DNA of 64,000 nucleotides from Patescibacteria group bacterium (lineage in GTDB: Bacteria; Patescibacteriota; SICC01). The stretch lies in the NCBI GenBank assembly GCA_040902515.1, contig JBBDXB010000006.1, positions 2,219 to 66,218 on the forward strand. The letters are read 5' to 3'. Every line of letters begins with the position of its first letter. Within the stretch, counting starts at the first letter, position 1. A program made the translations under genes and the position numbers. This document shows positions 46,243-55,741 of the stretch, piece by piece. The notes below the pieces were generated by a model. That model saw nothing but the letters and a program-made list of their open reading frames with translations, made no database searches and had not been told where the DNA came from.

Positions 46243-49116
46243 CTAGGCAGGTGCCGGATGGCTGCGGTAGGGCCGGGGTTTCGCCCTGGAAGATCGCTCG
46301 AGTTCTCCGACCAGATAGGTGCCGGTATGGGACCGCTTCGCCTTCGCCACTGCCTCCGGCGTGCCCGTCGCCACGAGTTCGCCGCCCGCGTTGCCGCCTT
46401 CGGGTCCCAGGTCGATGATGTGGTCCGCCGTCTTGATCACATCCAGGTTGTGCTCGATTACCAACACGGTGTTCCCCATGTCCACCAGCCGGTTCAGGAC
46501 CGCCAGCAGCCGCTTAATGTCCTCGAAATGCAGGCCCGTCGTCGGCTCGTCGAGGATGTAGAGCGTCTGGCCGGTCGCCCGCCGGGCCAGCTCGGTGGCC
46601 AGCTTGATCCGCTGCGCCTCGCCGCCGGAGAGGGTCGTGGCGGGTTGGCCGAGCTTCATGTATCCCAGGCCGACGTCGTTGAGCGTTCCGAGCTTCTGCT
46701 TGATCACCGGGATGTGCTCGAAGAACTTCAGGGCTTTCTCGACCGTCATGTCGAGTACGTCGGCGATCGTCTTCGTCTTGTAGTGGATCTCCAGCGCCTC
46801 CTTGTTGTAGCGCTTGCCGTGACACTCCTCACAGGCCACGTAGACGTCCGGCAAAAAGTGCATCTCGATCTTGATCACGCCGTCGCCGCGGCAGTGCTCG
46901 CAGCGGCCGCCCTTCACGTTGAAGCTGAACCGCCCGGCGGAGTAGCCGCGCATCTTCGCCTCGTTGGTCGTGGCGAACAGGTCCCGGATGTTCGTGAAGA
47001 CGCCGGTATACGTGGCTGGGTTCGAACGCGGTGTCCGACCGATCGGCGACTGGTCAATGGTGATCACCTTGTTGAGATGCTCGAGCCCCTCCACGGCCTC
47101 ATGGGCCCCCGGTTCTTCCTGAGCCCGGTGGAAGTGCTGGGCGAGTTTCTTGGAAAGAATCTGGTCCACCAGCGAGCTCTTGCCGGAGCCGGATACGCCG
47201 GTGACCGTCACGAACTTCCCCAGCGGGAACTCCACGGTCAGGTCGTGCAGGTTGTTCTCGGTCGCGCCGACGACCCGGATCGCCCGGCCGTTCCCCTCCC
47301 GACGTTTGGGCGGGACCGCGATGTCGTCCTCGCCGCGGAGATAGCGGCCGGTAATCGAACGCTTGGATTGGACCACCTTCTTCGGCGGTCCCTGCGCGAC
47401 GATCTTTCCACCGTGCTCGCCTGCCCCCGGACCGATGTCCACGAGGTAATCGGCCGACTCCATCGTCTCGCGGTCATGCTCGACGACGATCACCGTATTG
47501 CCGAGGTCGCGGAGCGTCTTCAGGGTCGAGATCAGCCGCGCGTTGTCGCGCTGGTGCAGGCCGATCGACGGCTCGTCGAGGATGTAGAGTACGCCCATCA
47601 GCGCCGAGCCGATCTGGGTCGCCAGGCGGATCCGCTGCGCCTCGCCGCCGGACAAGGTATTGGCGGCCCGGGACAACGTCAGATAGTTCAAGCCGACGTC
47701 TTCCAGGAAGCGGAGCCGCTCGCGGATCTCCTTGCAAATCTGCTTGGCGATCTGCTTCTGCTTGTCGGTCAGGTCCAGTCCGGCGAAGTAACGCTGGGCA
47801 TCCGAAATGGAGAGCTCCGACACGTCCACGATTGACTTGTCGCCGATCGTCACGCCGAGGATCTCCGGCCGCAGACGCTTCCCTTTGCACAACGGACAGG
47901 GCTTGAGCGTCATGTACTTCTCGATCTCCTTGCGGACGTAATCGGAATCCGTCTCGCGATGCCGCCGTTCCAGGTTCGGCGCGACGCCCTCGTAGACCGT
48001 CTTGAACCGGCGGGAACCCTGCCGGACGGTGATCTCCTCCCCGTTGGAGCCATTAAAAATCAGTTTGATGGTATCGGGCGGTAATGCACCGACCGGTTTG
48101 TCCATGGAGAAGCCGTATGTCTCGGCCAGGCCCTCGAGGAGCCGGGTGTACCAGGTCATCCGCGAGGTGGTCCGGCTCCACGGCCGGATCGCGCCTTCGG
48201 CGAGGGTCAGCCGGGTGTTCGGGACGCACTTATGCGGATCGACCTCGAGCCGGCTGCCCAGGCCGGTACAGCGCGGACAGGCTCCGTGCGGGCTGTTGAA
48301 TGAGAAAGACCGGGGTTCCAGCGGCGGCAGGCTGGGGTGGCCGTTCGGGCACGCATAATCCTCCGAGAACCGCCAGCGGGTCGGCTTCTTCTTCGCACCC
48401 TCCACCGTCTCCACGAACATCGTGCCCTCGCCGACGCCGAGTGCCGTCTGCACGGAATCGAACAATCGGTTACCGAGGTCCGGCTTGATGATCAGCCGGT
48501 CGACTACCGCCTCGATCGTATGTTTCTTCTTCTTGTCGAGCCGCGGGATGTCCTCGGAAAGCTCCCGGATGACGCCGTCCACGCGGACACGTGAGAAGCC
48601 GCCTTTCCGGAGCTTGTCGAAGACCTTCTCGTGCTCGCCCTTGCGGTCGATCACGACGGGGCCGAGCAACATCAGCTTGGTACCTTCCGGAAGCTTGCGG
48701 ATCTGGTCGGCCACCTCGGTCGGCGTCTGGCGCCGGACCTCGGCTCCGCAGATCGGACAGTGCGGCGTGCCGATCCGCGCGAAGAGCAGCCGGAGATAGT
48801 CGTAGACTTCCGTGACCGTCCCGACCGTCGAGCGCGGATTCCGCGATGCCGACTTCTGGTCGATCGAGATAGCCGGACTAAGCCCGTCGATCTGGTCAAC
48901 GTCCGGCTTTTCCATCAGGCCGAGGAATTGCCGCGCGTACGCGGAAAGTGATTCCACGTAGCGACGCTGGCCTTCGGCGTAGATCGTATCGAACGCGAGC
49001 GAACTCTTCCCCGAACCGGAGAGGCCGGTCAGGACCACGAGCTTGTCGCGGGGAATCTCTAAGTCGACGTTCTTGAGGTTGTGCTCACGGGCACCACGGA
49101 TGACGAGTTTCTGCAT
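46243..49116 (-). CDS. uvrA: Excinuclease ABC subunit A
   Basis: [57 protein letters not shown]. Two ABC modules and Zn fingers. I chose the start at 49114-49116. Confidence 0.95.
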   Translation of the reverse strand: MQKLVIRGAREHNLKNVDLEIPRDKLVVLTGLSGSGKSSLAFDTIYAEGQRRYVESLSAYARQFLGLMEKPDVDQIDGLSPAISIDQKSASRNPRSTVGTVTEVYDYLRLLFARIGTPHCPICGAEVRRQTPTEVADQIRKLPEGTKLMLLGPVVIDRKGEHEKVFDKLRKGGFSRVRVDGVIRELSEDIPRLDKKKKHTIEAVVDRLIIKPDLGNRLFDSVQTALGVGEGTMFVETVEGAKKKPTRWRFSEDYACPNGHPSLPPLEPRSFSFNSPHGACPRCTGLGSRLEVDPHKCVPNTRLTLAEGAIRPWSRTTSRMTWYTRLLEGLAETYGFSMDKPVGALPPDTIKLIFNGSNGEEITVRQGSRRFKTVYEGVAPNLERRHRETDSDYVRKEIEKYMTLKPCPLCKGKRLRPEILGVTIGDKSIVDVSELSISDAQRYFAGLDLTDKQKQIAKQICKEIRERLRFLEDVGLNYLTLSRAANTLSGGEAQRIRLATQIGSALMGVLYILDEPSIGLHQRDNARLISTLKTLRDLGNTVIVVEHDRETMESADYLVDIGPGAGEHGGKIVAQGPPKKVVQSKRSITGRYLRGEDDIAVPPKRREGNGRAIRVVGATENNLHDLTVEFPLGKFVTVTGVSGSGKSSLVDQILSKKLAQHFHRAQEEPGAHEAVEGLEHLNKVITIDQSPIGRTPRSNPATYTGVFTNIRDLFATTNEAKMRGYSAGRFSFNVKGGRCEHCRGDGVIKIEMHFLPDVYVACEECHGKRYNKEALEIHYKTKTIADVLDMTVEKALKFFEHIPVIKQKLGTLNDVGLGYMKLGQPATTLSGGEAQRIKLATELARRATGQTLYILDEPTTGLHFEDIKRLLAVLNRLVDMGNTVLVIEHNLDVIKTADHIIDLGPEGGNAGGELVATGTPEAVAKAKRSHTGTYLVGELERSSRAKPRPYRSHPAPA

Positions 49117-49254
49117 GCGGTTATGCGAAAAAGGGGTCGTTGCGACCGACCCAGTATAGCTCCGCCCGGGAAGCACGGTCAAGCCGTACGGGGGCGATGG
49201 GCAGCCTTGCAGCATCGCCGGGAGTCGCTAGTATGAATCCTGGTACTGACCGCC

Positions 49255-49374
49255 ATGCAAGAAATCAACGAAGACACGACAATCCTCGAACGGCGCTCCA
49301 GCGGTTCCATCCGGCTTCTTCTGATGCCGATCGCGATTTCCGCGCTGCTGATCGTCGCCCTGCTCGTCAGCTAA
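49255..49374 (+). CDS. Possible 39-aa tail-anchored small membrane protein
   Basis: MQEINEDTTILERRSSGSIRLLLMPIAISALLIVALLVS. It ends 4 nt before the next ATG. Below the ORF-track size cutoff. Confidence 0.3.
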   Translation: MQEINEDTTILERRSSGSIRLLLMPIAISALLIVALLVS

Positions 49375-49378
49375 TCGC

Positions 49379-49906
49379 ATGCACGATCCGCTTTGGAACC
49401 GGGGAGGCGGCACGCCGGTCTCGCGCCGGGTCCTGTTCGGTTTCGGTGGAACACGCGGCGAGCTGGTAGTTTCCGTGACACCAGGGCAGCCGATACCACA
49501 TCTCGGGAATATCAGCGAACGGATGATGCTTGAAGCTACCGTGACGGCAAGTGAAGCCAAACCCGGACAGACCGTCTACCCCCAGTTCGTGTTCGGAACC
49601 GCCGTCGAAGAAAACGGAACGTCCATCGTGTACGGACCGGACCATCGGGCGATCCCGATACTGCGGTTCACCGCGGAGCAAAACGACGGGGAAACGCTTG
49701 ACTACGCCGAGCGCCTGGAGCAGACCAAGGCGGCACTACCCCCGGCACCGGCAATGCCGAACGAAGGGGTCATCGGCTTCCTGGTCCGCACCGACGTGCT
49801 GCACTTCTACCCGCTGGTGCGGATTCCTGAGGATGAGCATGGACATTTCCTGGATGGCGACGGGTCGACCGACGACCTGATCCAAGCGCTGCCGTATCAG
49901 GCGTAG
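49379..49906 (+). CDS. Hypothetical protein
   Basis: 175-aa ORF between the divergent uvrA and convergent uvrB. No motif recognised. Confidence 0.45.
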   Translation: MHDPLWNRGGGTPVSRRVLFGFGGTRGELVVSVTPGQPIPHLGNISERMMLEATVTASEAKPGQTVYPQFVFGTAVEENGTSIVYGPDHRAIPILRFTAEQNDGETLDYAERLEQTKAALPPAPAMPNEGVIGFLVRTDVLHFYPLVRIPEDEHGHFLDGDGSTDDLIQALPYQA

Positions 49907-49912
49907 GGGTTC

Positions 49913-51916
49913 CTAGGTGCTGGAACCGGTGTACTTCGCGCGCTTCTTCAGATTCCCGATCCGGTCCCGGAGGGCCGCCGCCTTTTCGAACTCCAGGTTT
50001 TCCGCGGCCAGCTCCATCTGCACCTTGAGGTCGTGCAGATAGCGCTTCATCTGCTCCGGCGGCAGGTCCACGTGCCGCTTGGCGTCTTCCAGCACTTCCG
50101 CGGCTTCATGTTCCTCGATCTGCTCGTCCGCCCGTACCGCAGCCGCGATTTTCTTCTTGATACCCTGCGGCGTGATGCCGTGTTCCCGGTTGTATGCCTC
50201 CTGCTTTTCCCGGCGCCGGGACGTCTCGTCCATCGCCCGCCGCATCGAGTCGGTCACCCGGTCGGCATACATGATGACCCGTCCATCGATGTGCCGGGCC
50301 GCGCGGCCCATCGTCTGGATCAACGCGGTATCGCTCCGTAGGAACCCTTCCTTGTCGGCGTCCAGGATCGTCACCAGGGAGACTTCCGGCAGGTCGAGCC
50401 CTTCCCGAAGCAAGTTGATACCGACCACGCAGTCATACTCACCGGCCCGGAGTGATCGGAGGATTTCCGTCCGTTCCAGCGTCTCGATATCCGAGTGCAG
50501 GTGCATGACCTTTACTTCGGCCTCGCGCAGGAACTCAGCCATATCCTCCGCCATCTTCTTGGTGAGCGTCGTCACGAGTACACGCTGATTCTTGGCCACG
50601 GTCGCCTTGATCTCCGCCAGCAGGTCGTCGATCTGATGCTCCGTCGGACGCACCTCGACCGGCGGGTCGAGCAGTCCGGTCGGCCGTACCACCTGTTCGG
50701 CTACCTGTTTCGACCGTGAGCGCTCATACTTCGCCGGAGTCGCCGAGACGTACACCGCCTGTCTCACCAGCCGCTCGAACTCGGAGAACTTGAGGGGCCG
50801 GTTGTCCAGCGCCGACGGCAATCGGAATCCGTAATCCACCAGGGTCTGCTTGCGGGACCGGTCGCCGCTGTACATGGCACCGACCTGCGGAATCGTCATG
50901 TGCGATTCGTCCACGAACATCAGGTAATCGTCCGGGAAGTAGTCGAGCAGACAGCTCGGCCGTTCGCCGGGACGGCGTCCGGAGAGGTACCGCGAGTAGT
51001 TCTCGATGCCGGAACAGAATCCCGTTTCCCGGATCATCTCCAGGTCGTAGTTGGTGCGGCCCTTCAGCCGTTCGGCTTCCACGATTCTCCCCGTATCGGT
51101 GAGCTCCTTGAGCCGCAGCTCCAGGTCCGTCTCGATCTGCTTCACCGCACCGCCGAGCTTGTCCTTGGTGGTCACCCAGTGGCTGGCCGGGAAGACGTGG
51201 AGCTCCCGCTTGGTATCGAGCAACTCCCCGGTCAGGTAGTCGATCGCCGTGATCTTCTCGATCTCGTCACCGAAGAAGTCGAGCTTGTACGCGAAGTCCT
51301 CGTAGGCCGGGAAGATCTCTACCACGTCGCCACGCACCCGGAATTTCCCGCGCCGGAAGTCGATTTCGTTCCGGTCGTATTGCAGGTCGATCAGCTGGCG
51401 GAGCAGTTTGTCGCGATCACGGCTCTCGCCCTGCTTCAGGGTGATGTGAACGTTCTCATAGTCGGCCGGCGAGCCGAGCCCGTAGATGCACGATACCGAT
51501 GCCACGATCAGCACGTCCGGACGCGTAAGCAGGCTCATCGTCGCGGCGTGACGGAGCTTGTCGATCTCTTCGTTAATATCCGCGTCCTTTTCGATATACG
51601 TATCGGACTGGGGGACGTAGGCCTCGGGTTGGTAGTAGTCGTAGTAGGAAACGAAATACTGCACCGCGTTTTCCGGGAAGAATTCCCGGAACTCAGCAGC
51701 GAGCTGGGCCGCCAGCGTCTTGTTGTGCGCCAGCACCAAGGTCGGCTTCTGGACCCGCTCGACCACGTTGGCCATCGTGAACGTTTTGCCGGAGCCCGTC
51801 ACGCCGAGCAGCGTCTGGTCACGGTGACCCTGCGCCAGCCCTTTCGTCAACGCACCAATCGCCACCGGCTGGTCGCCAGCGGGCTTGAACTCGGAATGCA
51901 ATTTGAACGAAGGCAT
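49913..51916 (-). CDS. uvrB: Excinuclease ABC subunit B
   Basis: [35 protein letters not shown], a beta-hairpin, helicase motifs and a C-terminal UVR domain. Confidence 0.95.
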   Translation of the reverse strand: MPSFKLHSEFKPAGDQPVAIGALTKGLAQGHRDQTLLGVTGSGKTFTMANVVERVQKPTLVLAHNKTLAAQLAAEFREFFPENAVQYFVSYYDYYQPEAYVPQSDTYIEKDADINEEIDKLRHAATMSLLTRPDVLIVASVSCIYGLGSPADYENVHITLKQGESRDRDKLLRQLIDLQYDRNEIDFRRGKFRVRGDVVEIFPAYEDFAYKLDFFGDEIEKITAIDYLTGELLDTKRELHVFPASHWVTTKDKLGGAVKQIETDLELRLKELTDTGRIVEAERLKGRTNYDLEMIRETGFCSGIENYSRYLSGRRPGERPSCLLDYFPDDYLMFVDESHMTIPQVGAMYSGDRSRKQTLVDYGFRLPSALDNRPLKFSEFERLVRQAVYVSATPAKYERSRSKQVAEQVVRPTGLLDPPVEVRPTEHQIDDLLAEIKATVAKNQRVLVTTLTKKMAEDMAEFLREAEVKVMHLHSDIETLERTEILRSLRAGEYDCVVGINLLREGLDLPEVSLVTILDADKEGFLRSDTALIQTMGRAARHIDGRVIMYADRVTDSMRRAMDETSRRREKQEAYNREHGITPQGIKKKIAAAVRADEQIEEHEAAEVLEDAKRHVDLPPEQMKRYLHDLKVQMELAAENLEFEKAAALRDRIGNLKKRAKYTGSST

Positions 51917-51948
51917 ATTCCCATCAATATAGACACACTATAGCCAAT

Positions 51949-52452
51949 ATGTCATCATGCGCCGTTATGGCTGACCGCCCTCCAGAACAGGAACCTGCGC
52001 CGACACCCGCGGAATCACTCCTTAGGGCCGCCGGGGAGTTAATGGCCACGTATCCCGAGCATTGCTTTACCAACCGTTCTAAATTGATTTCTGTGCTCGC
52101 GGCTCAAGACAGCGAAGGGAAAGGGTATTTACTGGTTGAGAGGCGCAATGATGAGACATACCTGCCGCCACGAGACCTATGTGTCTATCCTGTGATCGAG
52201 GGTGCAGTTGAGGACGGTATCCTCGTGATTGATGCGGGGCGAAAACCCATGACTTATGTGAACAAAACCGGCATATCGCACGCGGGACCGTACGGCGACA
52301 TACAAGAGGGCGGTCTCGGACATGAGGTATTACAGGACATGGCGCAACAAGATGCGAACCAGTTGGAAGCCGCCACACCGGCCCCGCTGACCCCCGAGAC
52401 GGTCCGCTTGATCATCGGCCAAATCGACCCCGGCGAGCCGACGTTTAGCTAG
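51949..52452 (+). CDS. Hypothetical protein in a locally low-GC stretch
   Basis: 167-aa ORF. Positions 52080-52260 are roughly 50-55% GC with A/T-ending codons (aaa, tat, tta) that are rare elsewhere in the window. Confidence 0.45.
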   Translation: MSSCAVMADRPPEQEPAPTPAESLLRAAGELMATYPEHCFTNRSKLISVLAAQDSEGKGYLLVERRNDETYLPPRDLCVYPVIEGAVEDGILVIDAGRKPMTYVNKTGISHAGPYGDIQEGGLGHEVLQDMAQQDANQLEAATPAPLTPETVRLIIGQIDPGEPTFS

Positions 52453-53134
52453 GCAGGTCCGGCCGTCGTTCCGCGGTCAACGATCCGGAGCGCTCCTTGC
52501 GCCACTTCTCGATATCCGCGTGATGTCCGGAAAGCAACACTTCCGGAACCTTTAGCGTCTTCCGGCCGGCCCTGAACGACTCTGGACGGGTGTAGTGCGG
52601 ATATTCCAGCCCACCACCGAGCGCTTCCGAGAACGTTTCTTCCTTGTCGGACCGTTCGTCTCCAAGCACACCCGGTACCAGGCGGGTGACCGCGTCGATG
52701 ACCACGAGCGCCGGGAGTTCACCACCCGTTAGCACGTAGTCGCCGATCGAGAGCTCTTCGTCGATCAGTTCTTCGCGTACCCGGTTATCTATCTCCTCGT
52801 AGTGACCGGCCAGGAGGACCAGGTGCCGTTCGCCGCTCAGCCGTTCCGCGTCTCCCTGCTTGAACGGCTTTCCCTGCGGGGTCAGGTAAACCCGCCGGGT
52901 CCCTTTGCCGGCAAGCTCCTTGAAGGCAGCGAATAGCGGCTCCGGCCGCAATACCATGCCCGCCCCGCCGCCGTACGGGATGTCATCCACCTGTTTGCGC
53001 TTGCCGAGTCCCCACCTGCGGAGGTCGTGGACGTGGAATTCCGCCAGCTTCCGCTCCGCGGCCTTCCGCATCATGCTTTGGCCGAGCGGACCGGTGAAGT
53101 ACTCGGGAAACAGGGTTATGACGTCGACACGCAT
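52445..53134 (-). CDS. trmD: tRNA (guanine37-N1)-methyltransferase
   Basis: MRVDVITLFPEYFTGPLGQSMMRKA...DIPYGGGAGMVLRPEPL. SPOUT knot motifs are present. Confidence 0.92.
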   Translation of the reverse strand: MRVDVITLFPEYFTGPLGQSMMRKAAERKLAEFHVHDLRRWGLGKRKQVDDIPYGGGAGMVLRPEPLFAAFKELAGKGTRRVYLTPQGKPFKQGDAERLSGERHLVLLAGHYEEIDNRVREELIDEELSIGDYVLTGGELPALVVIDAVTRLVPGVLGDERSDKEETFSEALGGGLEYPHYTRPESFRAGRKTLKVPEVLLSGHHADIEKWRKERSGSLTAERRPDLPS

Positions 53135-53179
53135 CCCTGCCATTCTACCGGCAGCGGTGGGATTCGAGCGAACGACGGA

Positions 53180-53476
53180 TCAGGCCGCTTCTTCGGCCGG
53201 CGGGTGCATGGTCTCGCTGAGCTCACGATGCAGGCTGCTGAGCACGTTGTATCGTTCCGCCAGAAGCACGTCGCTGCTTTCCGCACAATCCCGTTCGGCC
53301 AACGTGCAGTCTCCCGTGATCAGCATGGCGCGGTTAAGCTCGCCGGCGGCGATGCATGCCCGCGCCTTTTCCAGCACGCTCTCGATCCGCTGAAACGGTG
53401 TTGCGGCCTCTCCACTGGCGTCGCCGGCCGCTACTCCGGCTTCGATGCTTCCATGTTCGAGCGCAGGCCGCTCCAT
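53180..53476 (-). CDS. Hypothetical protein (low confidence)
   Basis: I chose the start at MERPALEH. The longer track ORF runs into the tRNA-like element. Confidence 0.3.
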   Translation of the reverse strand: MERPALEHGSIEAGVAAGDASGEAATPFQRIESVLEKARACIAAGELNRAMLITGDCTLAERDCAESSDVLLAERYNVLSSLHRELSETMHPPAEEAA

Positions 53477-53625
53477 GGGTTCACCATAGCGAGTTACAAA
53501 GCGATACGTCAACTGAGGCAAGAAAAAGCCCGAGGGAGTCATGTGGTTTGCAGTGGTGGTGCAAAGACTCGCTCGGGCATCTTGCTCTTCGGGAAAATGG
53601 GAATTCCATTGAAGAGGTGCGGGCA

Positions 53626-53694
53626 CGGAGAGGGCTGGATTCGAACCAGCATCTTTCGATTTCGGTCGAACGCTACCAGTTGAGCTACCTCTCC
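53626..53694 (-). tRNA. Aberrant tRNA-like element A (69 nt)
   Basis: Perfect acceptor GGAGAGG/CCTCTCC and T-arm GCTGG-TTCGAAT-CCAGC. The D-arm is defective (GCTC...AGCG). Anticodon stem TTCGA/TCGAA has only a 6-nt loop, CCGAAA. Possible pseudogene. Confidence 0.4.
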
Positions 53695-53711
53695 TCGGTA
53701 CTAGTACCGCA

Positions 53712-53785
53712 AGCGCACGCCAGGGCTTGAACCTGGAACCTCAGCATTTATAGTGCTGCGCTCTAACCAATTGAGCTACATGCGC
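53712..53785 (-). tRNA. tRNA with canonical cloverleaf but anticodon loop CUAUAAA (anticodon AUA)
   Basis: Acceptor GCGCATG/CGTGCGC, D-arm TAGCTCAATTGGTTAGAGC, anticodon stem CAGCA/TGCTG, short variable loop AGGTT, T-arm CCAGG-TTCAAGC-CCTGG. Resembles a tRNA-Tyr loop with G34A, yet type I. Confidence 0.55.
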
Positions 53786-53804
53786 ATGGTACTGCCGTGA
53801 GGAA

Positions 53805-53876
53805 CTCCGGAGACGGGATTCGAACCCGCATCTCCCTCGGGGGCGAAAGGCGCTTTACCCTTAAGCTAACTCCGGA
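53805..53876 (-). tRNA. Aberrant tRNA-like element C (72 nt)
   Basis: Acceptor TCCGGAG/CTCCGGA (U1:A72) and a good T-arm GCGGG-TTCGAAT-CCCGT. There are 3 nt between acceptor and D-stem. The anticodon stem is weak (CCTTT/GAGGG) with loop CGCCCCC lacking U33. Confidence 0.35.
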
Positions 53877-53993
53877 ACGCCTACCGCTTACGCGGGGCTG
53901 CCTGTACCCGTAAGGCACACGCAGCCCCGCACAAACGGTCATGTTTGAAAGTACGACTATAGAGCCTACAAGCCGATCGGCCTGGCGTCAAAC

Positions 53994-54512
53994 TTACAGC
54001 TCGTCGAGCGGCGATTTCTCGCCGAGGGCCTGGTCTACGGCCTCGTCGCGCTGGGGTTTGTCGCCCTGCTCGACCGGCTCACCGGTCGCTTCGTCCACCT
54101 GGGAATCGTCGTCGGAACGTACCGGCTCGGCCGCCGCGGTGTCCTGTTGTTCGGCCGCTGCCTCGGAAACGTCCGCCTCCTCAGCCGGCACGTCGTCTGT
54201 TGCCGGCGTGGCGCCGGCTGCGGCCTCGGTTACCGACGTGGCTGCCGCACCGCTGCCTTCGCCCTCCGGCTCGATTATCTTCATGTTCACGCGGGCGTCA
54301 TGCTTGGCACCGACCACCTTGAGGAGCGAACGGATTGCCTTGGCGGTCTGGCCCGACTTGCCGATCACCTTGCCCATGTCCTCGGGATTGACGGTCACGG
54401 TCAGGAGTACGCCCATCTCGTCGACGGTACGGTCCACCTGCACGTCGTCCGGGTTATCGACGATCGTCTTCAACACGAACTCTACGAATTGCTTGTCTTG
54501 GTCCTCGGTCAT
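53994..54512 (-). CDS. KH-domain RNA-binding protein (KhpA/YlqC-like) with acidic C-terminal tail
   Basis: VLKTIVDNPDDVQVDRTVDEMGVLLTVTVNPEDMGKVIGKSGQTAKAIRSLLKV (KH GxxG). The tail is Asp/Glu/Ala-rich. Confidence 0.8.
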   Translation of the reverse strand: MTEDQDKQFVEFVLKTIVDNPDDVQVDRTVDEMGVLLTVTVNPEDMGKVIGKSGQTAKAIRSLLKVVGAKHDARVNMKIIEPEGEGSGAAATSVTEAAAGATPATDDVPAEEADVSEAAAEQQDTAAAEPVRSDDDSQVDEATGEPVEQGDKPQRDEAVDQALGEKSPLDEL

Positions 54513-55060
54513 CAGGAACCTCCTTTTTCCTTATCCTTTTCCTTGTCTGCAGATTGCTTGTCGTCGCCCGAATCTTCGGCGGGCTGGTCGGCGGATTTTG
54601 CCTCGGCCTTGTCGGCTGATCCGGCATCGCCGGTCTTCTTCGCGGCCGAATCATCCTTAGCGGAAGCCGCCTCGGGGGCGCCACCTTCACCGGCCTTGGC
54701 CTCTGCTTCGTCCGGCTTCGCCGCAGGTTCGTCTTTCGCGGGTGCCGCGCCCCCTTCGGCCTCAGCCTTGGCCTCCTTGCGCTTCTTGCGCTCCGGACGA
54801 CGGTTCTTCTCGGTGATCTTCTCGCGCTTCAGCACGCCCGCCTTCTCAAGCAGCATCTCCGCCGTCTCCGACGGCTGTGCGCCGCTCGCCAGCCGTTGCT
54901 TGGTGCGGTCGGCGTCTACCTTCAATTCCTTGGTCAGCGGATCGTAGTGCCCGAGCACCTCCAAGTAGCGACCCTTAACGGCCGCGCTTTTCTCGGCGAC
55001 GACGACGCGGTAGTGAGGGCGTTTCGTCCGACCGGTTCGGGAAAGTCTGATAACCAACAA
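54512..55060 (-). CDS. rpsP: 30S ribosomal protein S16 with about 100-aa Lys/Glu/Ala-rich C-terminal extension
   Basis: MLVIRLSRTGRTKRPHYRVVVAEKSAAVKGRYLEVLGHYDPL. 1-nt overlap with the KH gene. Confidence 0.9.
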   Translation of the reverse strand: MLVIRLSRTGRTKRPHYRVVVAEKSAAVKGRYLEVLGHYDPLTKELKVDADRTKQRLASGAQPSETAEMLLEKAGVLKREKITEKNRRPERKKRKEAKAEAEGGAAPAKDEPAAKPDEAEAKAGEGGAPEAASAKDDSAAKKTGDAGSADKAEAKSADQPAEDSGDDKQSADKEKDKEKGGS

Positions 55061-55117
55061 GTTCAGTGTCTCCTGTGTACGGATACTAGATTACTTCAGT
55101 AACCAGCGCGCGACAAG

Positions 55118-55741
55118 TTACCCGCTGCCATCCGTAACCCGTTCCGCCCCTGCCCATGCATCATCGGATTGCGGATGATCGAACCACATCCGGGCACTTT
55201 TGACGTCAATGGCGTGACAGAAAGCGGCAAGCGGGCCCATGACCCGGCGTTCATTCGAGTAATCAGCCAGTTCCCCTTCGACGTACGTCATCGCATTCTG
55301 TAATTCCGGCGTAAGCTCAATGCCATACTCCGCCAGGAGTCCGTCACGGAAAGCCTTTTTATCCGCCTTGGATCGCAAGGCTTCATTCCTGACCTTCTCA
55401 CCATCGCGCCATTCATACCGCCACGGCTTCTCCAAGTCATGGAGGAACATGATCAGCAGGGCGTCTGATTTGGAGAACGGGAGCGGACGGAGGGAGCTGT
55501 CTACATCATGGTAGACGGAGGCCAGGTTCATGCAGTCACGGATGTGGTCCCAATACCCACCCTCCCACGGCTGATGGTTATGCGAAGAGCCGCTGGCAGC
55601 CCTCATGCGATCGCCATGATCATCGACCAGTCGCAGGCAGGCATCGCGGTACGGCGGTTCGATCATGCCCACGAGCTCGGGTATGTCGTGGTATGGCGGC
55701 TGATGCTCAGGATCGATGAATCGTTCCGCCTGCTCAGGCAT
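55118..55741 (-). CDS. Hypothetical protein, possible HD-domain hydrolase
   Basis: The H...H and FLHDLEKP motifs resemble HD-domain metal ligands. Tentative. Overlaps the smc stop by 8 nt. Confidence 0.4.
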   Translation of the reverse strand: MPEQAERFIDPEHQPPYHDIPELVGMIEPPYRDACLRLVDDHGDRMRAASGSSHNHQPWEGGYWDHIRDCMNLASVYHDVDSSLRPLPFSKSDALLIMFLHDLEKPWRYEWRDGEKVRNEALRSKADKKAFRDGLLAEYGIELTPELQNAMTYVEGELADYSNERRVMGPLAAFCHAIDVKSARMWFDHPQSDDAWAGAERVTDGSG

